Origin: Mesotaenium endlicherianum
Taxonomy: Eukaryota
Reading direction: 5' to 3'
Length of the DNA stretch: 64,000 nt
Assembly: GCA_009602735.1 (NCBI GenBank)
Contig: WELA01001243.1
Span: 124,445-188,444 of the forward strand
In this document: in pieces, positions 13,911 to 24,967 of the stretch
Layout: every line of letters begins with the position of its first letter
Position numbering within the stretch: position 1 is the first letter of the stretch
Translations under genes and position numbers: made by a program
The notes under the pieces: model-generated
What the model was told of the DNA's origin: nothing
Seen by the model: the letters and a program-made list of their open reading frames with translations, nothing else
The model's database searches: none

Positions 13911-14029
13911 TGAACTGAATCGACTTACCAATAGGCGATTAATAATTAATAAAAGGTCTTTATATCAACAAGCAATCTTTATGGTATTTTTTGTTTACGG
14001 ATTTAGCAGCAAAAGACAACACGCTAGCA
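13911..14029 (-). mobile_element. Fragment of LTR family A (3' end, inverted)
   Basis: Reverse complement of the last ~120 bp of LTR A. Confidence 0.8.
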
Positions 14030-14037
14030 AGGGGTAA

Positions 14038-15043
14038 TGTCATGACTCATTAGGTCGGGACCGTCGGCCCAGCCAAGACACGCGTGCGTCGACCATCAAC
14101 CTAGGGGGCCCGACTTTGACCTTCCGTCACGCATTCACATGTGGACCTTTGCTAGCATTCCAAATTACTAAAGTGTAGAGCGTTGCGTCACCTTCCGAAC
14201 GCCACCGGTTGCGCGCCATTTGGTCAAGTGTTTGAGCGAGATATTTGCGATCTAGTCCGTGCCACCTACCGGTCCCTAGCGGAGTTCCACCAAAGGCCAC
14301 TTTGTGACTTATTGTGCCCAAAGGCCACATTGTTGGCTCTTTGCAACTCCAAGGACCCCTAGCCATTCTCATACAAATCCGCGAGCTTGATAAAGTACAC
14401 TTAGCATGCATTAGCATAGTGTATGAGCACCATCAGAGCTATAACTTGGTGCCTGCATCACTCCTTTCTAGAGGAAGCTTCCTCATGTTTTAGATCTACT
14501 TTTGAGGCGTTATCTAGGTAGCATTGGTCGAGGTAAGCTCCGCCAATGAGAGTCATGTATTCTCTTCCTTGTACTATATTTGAGTGATGTGTGTTGTGCT
14601 TAGCCAATAGAAGAGCTAGTACTTGCCTTGCCTCCACTTTCGTGGACCTAGGAGAGCCTTCTAGAGTGACTGTGTGCATTGAATCCCCCGCCTTCAGCGC
14701 CAGTGTTCCAGGGAGTATATAGCAGTAGATGCTCTTAGAAGGACATCTTTTTAGAAGTCATTTGCCATTTGTAAGACACAGAGTTATCAATAAAGCTTAC
14801 ACTTTTACCTCTTGTGTTTCCAGGACCACTGAGTCTCTCTCTTGTGAAGAGCAAGCCCTCCTGGCTTCCAGTCACTAGAAGAAGTCACAAGTGGTGAGCA
14901 AAGTCACAGCTTAAACCCTGCCATAGGACTACTCTTGAAGATCATGATGTGCTTCCAATGATCTTTTGGGCCAGACTTCATTAGTTGTTTTCCTACCAGA
15001 TTACAATCTTGAGGTGCTCACTCTCGAGAGTACACACTCATTA
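14038..15043 (+). mobile_element. LTR family C copy, preceded by a short purine tract
   Basis: Inverted relative to 8913-9918 and 23958-24967. AGGGGTAA lies directly before TGTCATGA, as expected for a PPT followed by a 3' LTR. Confidence 0.8.
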
Positions 15044-15045
15044 TT

Positions 15046-16270
15046 GCTTCCGCCGCGTGCCAGGCAGTTGGCTCATCCTCATCGTGGCGGGCTACTGTGA
15101 GGTCCCTCCAAGAGAGCAGGGGCTTGCGGTTGAGGCCGTCCGCATCCAGGTTCGTCGACCTTGGACAATGGTGCACGTCGAAGGTGTACTCCTGCAAGAT
15201 GAGCGCCCACCGTGCGTACTTTGCCTGTCAGGTGCTCCGACGTCATGGGCCACTCGAGTGGCTGATGGTCGGTGACCAAGCGGAAGTGGGTGCCGTAGAG
15301 ATAGTGCCTGAAATGCACAATCGCCCATACAGCTGCCAGGGCCTCACCCTCATAAGAGTTGATGTTGCCCTTAGCACGATTGTTGCTGCGGCCGGCGTAC
15401 GCCATCACATGCTCGAAGCCGTCATGCTCCTGCACCGGTACTGCTCCAATACCTGCCTGCGACCAGTCGGTGTGGAGGATGAAGGGCTTCTAAAAGTCAG
15501 GCCGCCGTAGTACTAGGGGCGCTCACCAACAGCTCCTTGAGCTTGTCAAACGCCGCCTGCTGCTGTGGTCCCTATACGTAGGCAACGCCACGTGCTCCTC
15601 AAACGTCTCACTAAAGACGAGCACGTCATCGATGTAGCACCGGGCAAAGAAGAGCCCTGCCAACTCCTTATCCATGATCCGCTGGTAGGTGGCAGGTCCG
15701 TTCTTCAAGCCAAAGGGCATAACCGTCCACTCGTAGAGACGTTCCGACCCTCAGAAAGTCGTCTTGTGCTGGTCCTTCTCCGCGATGGATATATAGTTGA
15801 AGCCCTGCATCAAATCCAGCACCGAAAACCAAGTACAAGCCCCAATGTCGTCGAAGATCTCGTCAGGTGTCGGCATAGGACATCTGTCCTGCTAAGTGAC
15901 CTTGTTAAGCTTACGATAGGTCACCGCACGTCCTCTTCTCAGACCAATTGCCTGAGGCGTCCTTCTTAGCTGGCATGACTGTGGGCGCAGCGTAGGTGGA
16001 GGCCGACTCACGAATGAGCTGACACTCCTCTAGCTTGCTTGTCTGCGTGCTGATCAGGTCGTCCTCAAAGCGGCTGTAGCGATAGCGCTTCTGGAAGATG
16101 GGCACGTCCGTCTGGAGGGGAATCCTCATAGGGTGGCCTGTGTAGCGCCCAAGATCGTGCATGCCGCTGGCAAAGCTGGCACTGCGCCGTGCATCTAGCA
16201 ATGCCGTCAGCTAAGCAACCTGTGCCTCAGTGAGAGTCCCCCCCAGCTTCCAAGTAGGGGCAGCTGGTGG
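15046..16270 (-). pseudogene. Reverse transcriptase and RNase H (copy 2, internally deleted)
   Basis: [46 protein letters not shown]. Paralogous to 11739-13910, with a deletion near 15575. Confidence 0.88.
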
Positions 16271-17649
16271 TGGCTCCTGCGCTGCAGCTGACGCCTCTTG
16301 CCCTGCTGCTGGCATGATCTGTGGGACTGTAGCGTCCCCTGCCCTGCAGTTGGGTGCGCTCGGCCTGCCTCGAGTGCCTCCTCCTCGGCAGCTGCTGCCA
16401 GCTGCTCAGCACCACCTGCCGGCAGAGAGCGTGGAAAAAGAAATGGGGAGCGAAACTCTCTGGGTCGCTTTGAGGACTCCTGACTCCTCCTTCCCCCCCC
16501 CAGCGAACCAGAACCAAGACCAGGATGCGGCGCAGGCGGCTGCTGGGAAGCAGGACCCTCCCGCTGGGAATGGCAGGTTGTATCAGGCAAAGCGCGGCCG
16601 TTGGCGTTGAAATCACGGTTCATGGCATCGTAGGATTGGTCCATCTCAGGATGACGAGCCTGGGCGTAGAGGGGAGTCAGGGTCTGTGTCTGCAATAGGA
16701 TCCACGTTAAGACGTTGGCATCGATAGCCTGGCCAAGGAGACGTATGCGGTTGACCTCGGTGATGTCGTCCACTTGTGTGAGGTGCGGAGGAAAGCCCAT
16801 CGCACGCTCCATCTCCATGGCACGGGGCCGCTGGAACATGCCGATCTTGAGGTCAATGATCATGCCGCGCTGGTCCTCCACGTATGCTGCGCTGTTGTAG
16901 CGACTCACAAATGTAGGAAGCCCCCGCGTGACGTCGTGGAGAACCTCACACTGGGCCTGGGAAGAATGTGGAAGGGCGGCCACGCGCTGGGCCAGACGCG
17001 CCACGGCAAGAATAGAATCAACGTTGCGCGTGTGGCGTGGATGTGCGGCCGCCAATGCCTCAAGCGTGCCTGGCATGGCCAGGTCGGTGAAGTAAGCACG
17101 CACGCGGTGCGCAAAGGAGCCAATTTGGGCAGCGTTGATGACGGCCTCACGACCGACGTAGCTGCTGCAGAGGGCAAAGTTGGCGCTAACGTTGGGCCAA
17201 GAATCGTGGCGTGCAGCCACGTTCTCTAACACCCAGGCGAGCGTGTGAGGCGGCTGGCGGTCCTCAACCATGTTGAGGACGCGGAGCAGATGCCAGAATA
17301 GGACCGTACGCGGGTTAGCAAGCGCGCCTCCGCGTCTCGCGATGGAGAAGCCCTGGCACTCCCAGCCAGCGATGATGAAGTCGATGGGCCCCAGGCGTGT
17401 GATGTGCATGGCGGTGATGTCGTGGATGTCCATGGGCCAATCAGTCCAGGCGCGGTAGAAGGCGTGCTCAGGGAAGAGGTCCGGGAAACGCTCGTGGCAC
17501 AAGGCCATCTGCCTGCGAGCCACCTGCTGCGCCTTGCCAACAGGGTCCATGTAGACGTACCAACGTACAGGGATGCCAGCCTGGAGGGTGGCCAGCAGCC
17601 CTGTCGCAATGCCGCCGAGACGCTTGTCAAGCTGGACGATGTAGATAGG
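16207..17649 (-). CDS. C5 cytosine DNA methyltransferase domain within retrotransposon pol (DNMT3-like motif pattern)
   Basis: Degenerate motif I (IYIVQLDKRLGGIATGL), motif IV with catalytic Cys (DFIIAGWECQGFS), VI (WVLENV), VIII (AHRVRAYFTDL), IX (EMERAMGFP) and X (RIRLLGQAID), in correct order, directly upstream of RT. Confidence 0.9.
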   Translation of the reverse strand, partial: PIYIVQLDKRLGGIATGLLATLQAGIPVRWYVYMDPVGKAQQVARRQMALCHERFPDLFPEHAFYRAWTDWPMDIHDITAMHITRLGPIDFIIAGWECQGFSIARRGGALANPRTVLFWHLLRVLNMVEDRQPPHTLAWVLENVAARHDSWPNVSANFALCSSYVGREAVINAAQIGSFAHRVRAYFTDLAMPGTLEALAAAHPRHTRNVDSILAVARLAQRVAALPHSSQAQCEVLHDVTRGLPTFVSRYNSAAYVEDQRGMIIDLKIGMFQRPRAMEMERAMGFPPHLTQVDDITEVNRIRLLGQAIDANVLTWILLQTQTLTPLYAQARHPEMDQSYDAMNRDFNANGRALPDTTCHSQREGPASQQPPAPHPGLGSGSLGGGRRSQESSKRPREFRSPFLFPRSLPAGGAEQLAAAAEEEALEAGRAHPTAGQGTLQSHRSCQQQGKRRQLQRRSHHQLPLLGSWGGLSLRHRLLS

Positions 17650-17654
17650 CGTAG

Positions 17655-18597
17655 TTTTACGTTTCTGCTTTTCGAGAGGATCTTTCCTCGATATTCAAGG
17701 AATATTTAATTCAAGTGGAAGGAAAATCTGTATAATTGTGCAAATCGACGAATACTCGAAAGAGCGAAAATGTAAACTAACGTAGAATGTGTGCTTGTGA
17801 GAGTTGCACTCACAATGACTCTACAGGTATTTATACCTGCACAACATGAGGCACTGGAGTGCTTCGAGTCACCACCTAGGGCACTGGTTTATGTTCAACG
17901 AAAACGGTCGAAGGGATGTGTCCCATTTGGCCGAATGCTCAAAACGCGCCGTTTGGCGGTTTGGAGACTTTTCAATGGTTTTCAGAAAACCGGTTCGCGC
18001 CAAACGGGCGTTTTCGCGTTCTCGCATCTTTTCGAAAAGTCGCGACTGTTCGCAGAGTCGCGTTCATAGGATTACGTCATGAACCAGGAGTTACGAATAA
18101 CTACTTGGCCAATTGGTTTAGGTGTGAACGTTTCAAACGACAAGTCGCGGGTTCGAATCTGCGTCGATGCAAAGCGACTTTGCATATTTCGTTTCGTTTG
18201 TCTTTACGGCGATTTGTTCGTATCTTGATACGACGATTTGTTCGTATTAACGACTGGTCGTAAATTCGAAATCTGTGATTGTGCATTGTCGAAATAATGA
18301 CAATCAAATCAATTTAATCAATCAATGATTTAATAAGTTATCATCTCATAATTAATCAAAGTAACTTTATGAATATTTATGTCGTACTTTTGCGAAGTAG
18401 TCGAGTTACGTTACGACGCTTTTTGCAATAGTATGTCGGTCGTTTCGCCAATCGACCAGGAATTAATCGGCACACACGTGTGGCAAATAATTGAATATGA
18501 TGCAATCATTTATCAAATAATATGATGAATAGTATAACGTACTTTAGGTAATTGGGAAAACATCCCAAATACGCCTAAAATAGCTCGGATCGTTACA
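17655..18597. mobile_element. Solo LTR, family E (943 bp, AT-rich)
   Basis: Perfect 5-bp TSD CGTAG at 17650-17654 and 18598-18602; right end CGTTACA, left end decayed TTTTACG. Confidence 0.8.
18104..18171 (+). promoter_or_regulatory. tRNA-like internal Pol III promoter (A box and B box) inside LTR E
   Basis: A-box-like TGGCCAATTGG at 18106-18116 and B box GGTTCGAATC at 18150-18159 at tRNA spacing; T-arm-like stem CGCGG/CTGCG. Confidence 0.5.
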
Positions 18598-19559
18598 CGT
18601 AGGAAGGGGGCAACAGCCCATGGCGGGATTGCCGGCCTGCGCTGGCGCCGGGTAGGAGCGCAGAAGACTGTGCTGATGGGGCGCCATGCGGAGAGCCGCT
18701 ACTGCGAGCTTTGCGTAGTGACGAGTAAGCCAAGGAATGCGCTCAAGCAGCGGCTGCGGGCGAACGGTGCGAGCATGCGCCTGGTAAATGCGCCAGCGCG
18801 CGCGCGCGTCCTGCAATGCCTCCTTGGGCACTGGGAGGGCCATAGCCTAGGCGTCGGAAGCGCACTGCAGCTGCCAGCGAGCGGTCTCTTGCCCTGTGGT
18901 CAGCGTGGTGTGAAGTGGCGTGGGCCAGCTGCGCTGTGGCTGTGCGCTGGTGCAGCTGGGGACGCTGATTGAAGTATAAACGTTGGCGCTTGCGAAGATC
19001 CGTCTGGATGGGCACTGTGCAGACGGAGCGCTCGTCCCTATGTGCCGCCTGTCGAGGATGGACGAGCTGACGTGGAGCGAGTTGGACTCGCGGGCGCAGC
19101 GGAGAAAGAGATGCGAGTCGGACGTGCTCCCGCTGGCGGCGTTGTATGATCTCAGCGCGTATGGCGGTAGTATAGGGATGGCGGTCGCAGGAACGGACAG
19201 CGGTGCGGGCCACCTTATGAGGAGGTGACCCAGACGGCCCGTTGCCGACTATGTGGCTGCGCGGGACGGCGGCAGGCCAGCCAGGCGGCGTTTGGTACAA
19301 TGTGTGGGCGAGCGCTGCAACAGTAATGGCAGTCGTGGCGATGGCGTGTGCCTCGACGGCATCCGCCGCCATCTAACGCATCATGGTGTTATGAGCGGCG
19401 TAGATCCGCACCGTCTCCCTAGCCTATGCGGCTAGAACGTCAGCCTGCTCCTTGGGCGTGAGGTGGAGCTCTGCGCCGGGCAGCTCAAAGTCCTCATCCT
19501 GCGTCTCAAGCAAGTCGGCGCCTACAGACCTCATCCTCCTCGGGCCCCCCCTTATCGGT

Positions 19560-20060
19560 CTAAATCACGGGCCGACCGTTGTCAAGCGCCATGAAGCCGT
19601 AGAGGGCGGACTCAGCTGAGCGACGATCCACGATGTCAAGCAGCACGGATGCCGTGCGGGTCCCCCCTGACTGCCAGTCAGGTCGGTAGAAGACCCGCTC
19701 CACCCAGTTATCCACTGCGACGCCGATAGGAAAGAGAATGTCCTGGCCAAGGAGCACGTCGAAGGTCTTAGAGCAAGTGACCAACGCGTGCCGGTGGATG
19801 GTCATCTCATCCGGAGTGCCGGGCCAAAAGGTGAAGCGAAGGGCCAGCCGCGTGCTCCCGGCTACGGTCTCGGACGTGCCGGCTCGCGATGTTGATCCGC
19901 GTCGGCAAATCCTCTAGGTTGGCTGAGAAGAGGCCCAGCTGGAGGAAGTAGCGGACACTGATGAGGACTGGCTGGGCGTCAGTGTTGAACATAATGGGCT
20001 GCGGGGCCTGCGTGTTAACCAGCACGATCCCCTGCAAATTATCAAAAAACGCAGCGTTAG
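19560..20060 (-). pseudogene. Decayed aspartic protease of the DNMT-Gypsy element
   Basis: PIMFNTDAQPVLIS corresponds to LVVIDTGAQPVLLG at ~43900; downstream FDVLLGQDIL...VDNW corresponds to YDLLLSRKF...VDSW. Confidence 0.75.
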
Positions 20061-21597
20061 GCGTGCTGATCATCCTGGGCTCATGTGCAGGTCGCGCGGG
20101 TGCGGAGAGCACCGCAACTGCCACGTCTGGCCTGTCGCCAGAGGCGCAATGGCTGGCCTTGCGCAACCAAAGCAGTAGCTGAGTCGCCTGCCGTGTGACC
20201 TCCATTAACATGCTGAGCTCCGCAAAGGAGACGGCTGGCATCCGGTGTAGCGCCAGCGAGATGACTTCGGCGCTGAGCTGCATCGTAGTCATCGGCGAGG
20301 CGAGTGCGCGTGGTGCAAGGGCAGCTGGCTCCGCTGGCGTCTCCAGCACGCGGAAGGAGCGGGGCAGGTGCGACGCCTCCTCTGTGCGGCGGCCCTGCTC
20401 TGGTTCGCTGCGCTTCTGCGCCACTGCCGGTCGCCCGGCTGCCGCCACCAGTGTGCGCTCACGTCCTGCAATTCCTCCCGTCGTGCGGCTGTCCAAAGGA
20501 TGTGTGCGTGCGCAGCAGGCCAAAACAAAGTTTGGAGCTGCTGCGAGAGCCGGAGTGACAAAAGCTGGCGCAGCTGCTGGCGTAGGCATAGTGGTCGCTG
20601 GCGCAGCTGGCACTGGCGCAGCTGCGTGCGCTGGCGAGACGACAAACGCCTTGGCTGGCGCAGCTGCTGGCGCGAGCACAATTGCTGCTAGCGCAGCCGT
20701 GTGCGCTAGTGCAGCCGTCGACGCCATAGCTGAGGCTGACGCTGCCTCCGGTGCCGTTGTCCCGCTCGCCGATGGAACCGCCGATGCTTGCGCCGCTGCT
20801 GGCGCCACTGCAGATGCCAACGCAGCTGCCAGCGTAGGTGCCACGGATGCTGGCGCAGCTGTCGGTGCCGGCGCAGCTGCTGGCGCGTACGTAGCGGCTG
20901 CTGGCATGGCTGCCGGCGCTGGCGTGCCTGGCGTTGGCAAGCCCAGCGCTGGCGCAGCAGGTGTCTGGTGGGCTGGCGCTCCTGTCACTGGTGTCGCAGG
21001 GGTAGTGCGAGCTAGTGGGGACGCTCCAGAGCATGCCTGCGCAGCTGTCGACGCAGGTGCCAGGCCTGCTGGCGCAGCTGTTAGAGCTGGCGCCGCCTCG
21101 GCAATCGGAAGGCCGCCAAGTGGCACTGGCCCTCCTGGCGCTGGCACCATGAGTAGCGCTGGCTTTGATCCTCTTGCAGCTGGCGCCTCGGAAGGAGCGG
21201 CTACGGATGTCAGCGCAGCTTCGGGCATAGGCGCTTTGGCTTCTGGCGCGAACGCCGGAGCTGGCACAGGCTTGGATGCTGGCAGGTCGACTAGTGGCGC
21301 CTCAAAGATGCCCCTGGGCTTGCCAGGTCGCGTCGCCCGACCGGTGTCGGTGTCGGTATTGGCTACCCCAAGCAAGGTACGTGGCGCCCTCCAGGTGGCG
21401 CGTGCGCTCGCCGAGACCCTTGCCACGCTTATCGCGCAGGCCTGAGGGTTTTGTGCGCAGCCAGGGTTTAGGCCCTGGCTGTGCACAGCCGTGTGCGTGC
21501 CGTCAAAGCTCTGAACGGGTGTACGGCCGCACAACGCGGTCGATAATGCCCCCCCCTAATTCGAGATGGTAGTCCCGGCCGCCAAATTCTGCGCTGG

Positions 21598-23728
21598 TTA
21601 AGCCGGGCTGGGTACGCGTGCAAAGTGGCAGCGCGTGTGCGCAGCTGCTGACGTGCCTGTCGAGATGTGGTTGCGTGGTTGGCTGCAGAGCGAGCCTCGC
21701 AATGCGGCACGCGGCGTGAGCGGGTGTGCAGGTGTGCAACTGCCGTCGGACAAAGTCTTGCCAGCCGCGGACGCGACAGGTGGAGGCACCGGTTGGAATC
21801 TGCTGCTTGCAGCAGCCAGCAGGGTGCGATCGTTCGGAGACGATCGATTGGGGCGCAAATTTGCGCATGGGCGGACGTCTCGTAGGGCGAGGGGCGCTGC
21901 AGATGTAATAGCCGGCTGGCAGGCCCAACCTGTCGCGCCAGTTGTCACTCCGCAAGCTGCAAACAACTCTGCTGGCGTCAACAGGACAACGCAGGCCAGA
22001 GGAGCTGCGGGAGCCTGCGTTGGCTGCACTGGCGGGAGTGCCTGCCCGTCAAAAGGCGTGTCTGCGGCGAGGGATGGCGAGACCGCGCGGACTTGCGGCT
22101 TGCCATCTAGCAGCCTGTCAGGGAGGAAGCCATCGCTGCTGACGACTGTCAGTGCGACGTGCGCACAGCTGGCAGGAGCGTCTGCGCAGATGTCTGCGGT
22201 GCTAGATGCAAGAGCTCCGTCAAAGGGCGGGCCAGTGGTGGGCTGCATTGTCGCTGTGGCGCTAGGTGATAGCCTCTGAGGCTGCTCCGTGTCAGCGCTG
22301 TGAATGTGCGCAGAGGCTACGCGGACGCCAGCTGTCGGAGCTGGAGCGTTGGTCGGCGGGACGCGTGCAAGGAGGGCTCCGCACGCGTTGTAGCTATCGA
22401 TTGCAACTAGGTCAGGGAGTCTAGCGATCTCCGCGTTGGCCTCCACGAGGGCGTCGCTGACATCGTCAAAGCTGCAATAGTCGGCTCCGGGGGTCAGCGC
22501 GTCGTCCATGGTGGCCGTGGCTGCCGTCATCGAGGGGCGTCCACCCGTGCGAGGGTTACGCATGCCTCGCTGTCCTACTACTGACGGCGCGGGGCAATCA
22601 CAAGCGCGTCCGTTCTCGACGTCGCGCTTTCTTTGCAGGCATATGATCTGCAGGTGACCGACCTTGCCACAGTAGGTACAGTCGCCAGGCTTGCCATTCT
22701 GCGCGATTGTGCAGTTCTGGCGAGAGTGGCCCGTCTTCCCGCAAGACCAACAGGGGTCGCTCGTCGTGGCGGCCATGGAAATGCAGCCACGCGTAGCTCC
22801 GCGCTGCTGAGTTTGCTAGGGCAGCTGAGAGCGCTAAGACCAACAGGGGTCGCTCGTCGTGGCGGCCATGGAAATGCAGCCACGCGTAGCTCCGCGCTGC
22901 TGAGTTTGCTAGGGCAGCTGAGAGCGCTAAGACCAACAGGGGTCGCTCGTCGTGGCGGCCATGGAAATGCAGCCACGCGTAGCTCCGCGCTGCTGAGTTT
23001 GCTAGGGCAGCTGAGAGCGCTGGGGCTGTTGCTGCTACTGGGGCTGGCGAGCCGAAGCTGGGCGCATCGTGGAAGATGGCAGCACCAAGGACTCCTGACG
23101 TACGCCCGTATGCAAGGCCCACACGATTGCTATTGTTGCTTCGTGCGGCAGCCAAGCTCTGCTTCTCAACTGAGAGGTAAGCGTCCATCAGCGAGTACTC
23201 GGAGCCAATGTGATAGATGAGGGGGGAGGTGGCCCTCTCCCTCAATTGTGGCTCCACGGCACGCAAGAAGATCTCCGCTGCCTCCCGGTCGGTGAGGGTG
23301 CCAACGTCTCGGTGAAGGTGCGTCAAGCGGCGGTACATCATGCGGGTCATCTTATTTCTGCAGCTGTAGAAGTGGTGCAGCTCGTACACCTTCTCTTTGG
23401 TCGCGGCCTGGAACTCCTTCCTGAGGACGACCCAGAAGGCCTTGACCGGATCAGCGAGGAGGGTCTCCACTGGGGGTTCCCCCACAAGCTCTGTGCGTGC
23501 ATAGATCTTGTCACCCTTCTCGCGGAAGGTGTCACGGGCCTCGTAGAGGAGATAGCGCATGAGCGTATAGAACACGTCACGCTTAGTGAGCACGGGCGTT
23601 TTAAGCCTCGCAATCACGAACTCAGCCTCGAACTCTGAGATTGTGTCGTCCAGATCACAGGTTCCTGGTCTGCCGTTCAAGCGGAAGAGGGAGGACCTGT
23701 CAACCTTGAGCTCTTCGTCACCTGCCAT
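21598..23728 (-). pseudogene. gag of the DNMT-Gypsy element (frameshifted)
   Basis: Capsid-like ORF 23728-22598; two CCHC knuckles (CWSCGKTGHSRQNC, CTYCGKVGHLQIIC) in the neighbouring frame at ~22756-22637. Confidence 0.8.
22744..23021. repeat. Three apparently identical 93-bp tandem repeats in gag
   Basis: Units start at 22744, 22837 and 22930. Confidence 0.95.
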
Positions 23729-23957
23729 GGGATATCAGGAATCGTGGTGAGCCCACTGGAAAGTTGGCTCAGGGACAATCACAGGAGGTACGAGTGCTGG
23801 CTGCTCCCCTTCAGAGGGTTCAATGACAGTACTGAGATCGAAGTCTGAGTCTTCTCCACCAACCCCTTTGTAGTAAGGCTGGTAAGAAAGCCCACTACAG
23901 GTAGGCATATGCTGAAGATTCTAATTGCTTGCAGGCAAAGAGACATCTTTCTAGAAG

Positions 23958-24967
23958 TAAGGAGTGTGTACTCTCTAGAGTGAGCACCTCAAGACTGTAA
24001 TTTGGTAGGAAAACGACTAATGAAGTCTGGTCCAAAAGATCACTAAAGGCACATCATGGTCTTCAAAAGTAGTCCTATGGCAGGATTTAAGCTGTGACTT
24101 TGCTCACCAGTTGAGAAGTTCTTTAAGTGACTGGAAGCCAGGAGGGCCTGCTCTTCACAAGAGAGAGACTAAGTGGTCCTGAAAACAATAGAGTCAAAAG
24201 AGTAAGCTTTACTGATAACTCCGTGACTTACAACTGGCATAATGGGACTTCTAAAAAGACGTTCCTCTAGGGACATCTCTAGTACTTATACTCCTGGGAA
24301 CCCGGCGTCGTATGCGGTGGACCCAACGCATGTAGTCACCGTAAGAGGCTCTCCTATGTCCACTAATGTGTAGAAGGCATGTACTATCACTCCTATAGGC
24401 TAAGCATATCTCAAACCAATCAAAGCAAAGCACGTAGAATATGCTATGTGTCTCTCATTGGTGGAGCTTACCTTGGGTGATTCTACCCAGATCGCGCCTC
24501 AAAAGCGAATCTGGAACTTGAGGAAGCTTCCTCTAGGAGTAGGTGATGCAGTCACCAAGTTATAGCCTCAAAGATGCACTTATACTATGGAAATGCAAGA
24601 CTGTTGTAGTCTAAGGGGCTCGCAAAATTTTTGCATACAAAGCTAGGGGTCTTTGGGGTCACAAATAGCCAACAATGTCACCTTTGGGTACATTTAGTCA
24701 CAAGTTGGCCATTTGGTGTGATTCCGCTAGGGGCCAAAAGGGGAGCGGACTAGATCGCGCCTATCTCGCTCGATACTTGACCAAATGACGCAAAACTTGT
24801 GCCATTCGGAAGATGCTTCGACACGCTACACTTTGATGACTTGGAAATCTAGAAAAGGTCAACATATGGATGCATAAGGTCAATGCAAAGTCGGACTTCC
24901 TAGGTTGATGGTTCACACAAGTGGAGCTCGATTTTGTACGTCAACCTCGACTCAATAAATCATGACA
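23958..24967 (-). mobile_element. LTR family C copy upstream of the DNMT-Gypsy gag
   Basis: Direct repeat of 8913-9918. Confidence 0.8.

Larger units (their letters stand above)
10058..23728 (-). mobile_element. Decayed Ty3/Gypsy-type LTR retrotransposon carrying a C5 DNA methyltransferase and a PHD finger
   Basis: Minus-strand order: gag with two CCHC knuckles, aspartic protease, DNMT, RT, RNase H, integrase, PHD, then a purine tract (AGGGAGGG) near 10058-10065. Many stops, frameshifts and nested insertions; its LTRs are not resolved. Confidence 0.9.

Noticed and set aside
18104..18171. Functional tRNA gene (TCA-centred loop)
   Set aside because: Acceptor and anticodon stems do not pair; kept only as a tRNA-like promoter.
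20195..21445. 416-aa Ala/Gly-rich plus-strand ORF
   Set aside because: Antisense shadow of the Ala/Pro-rich minus-strand frame in GC-rich DNA.
22744..23021. CRISPR-like array
   Set aside because: Contiguous 93-bp tandem units with no spacers, in a eukaryotic context.
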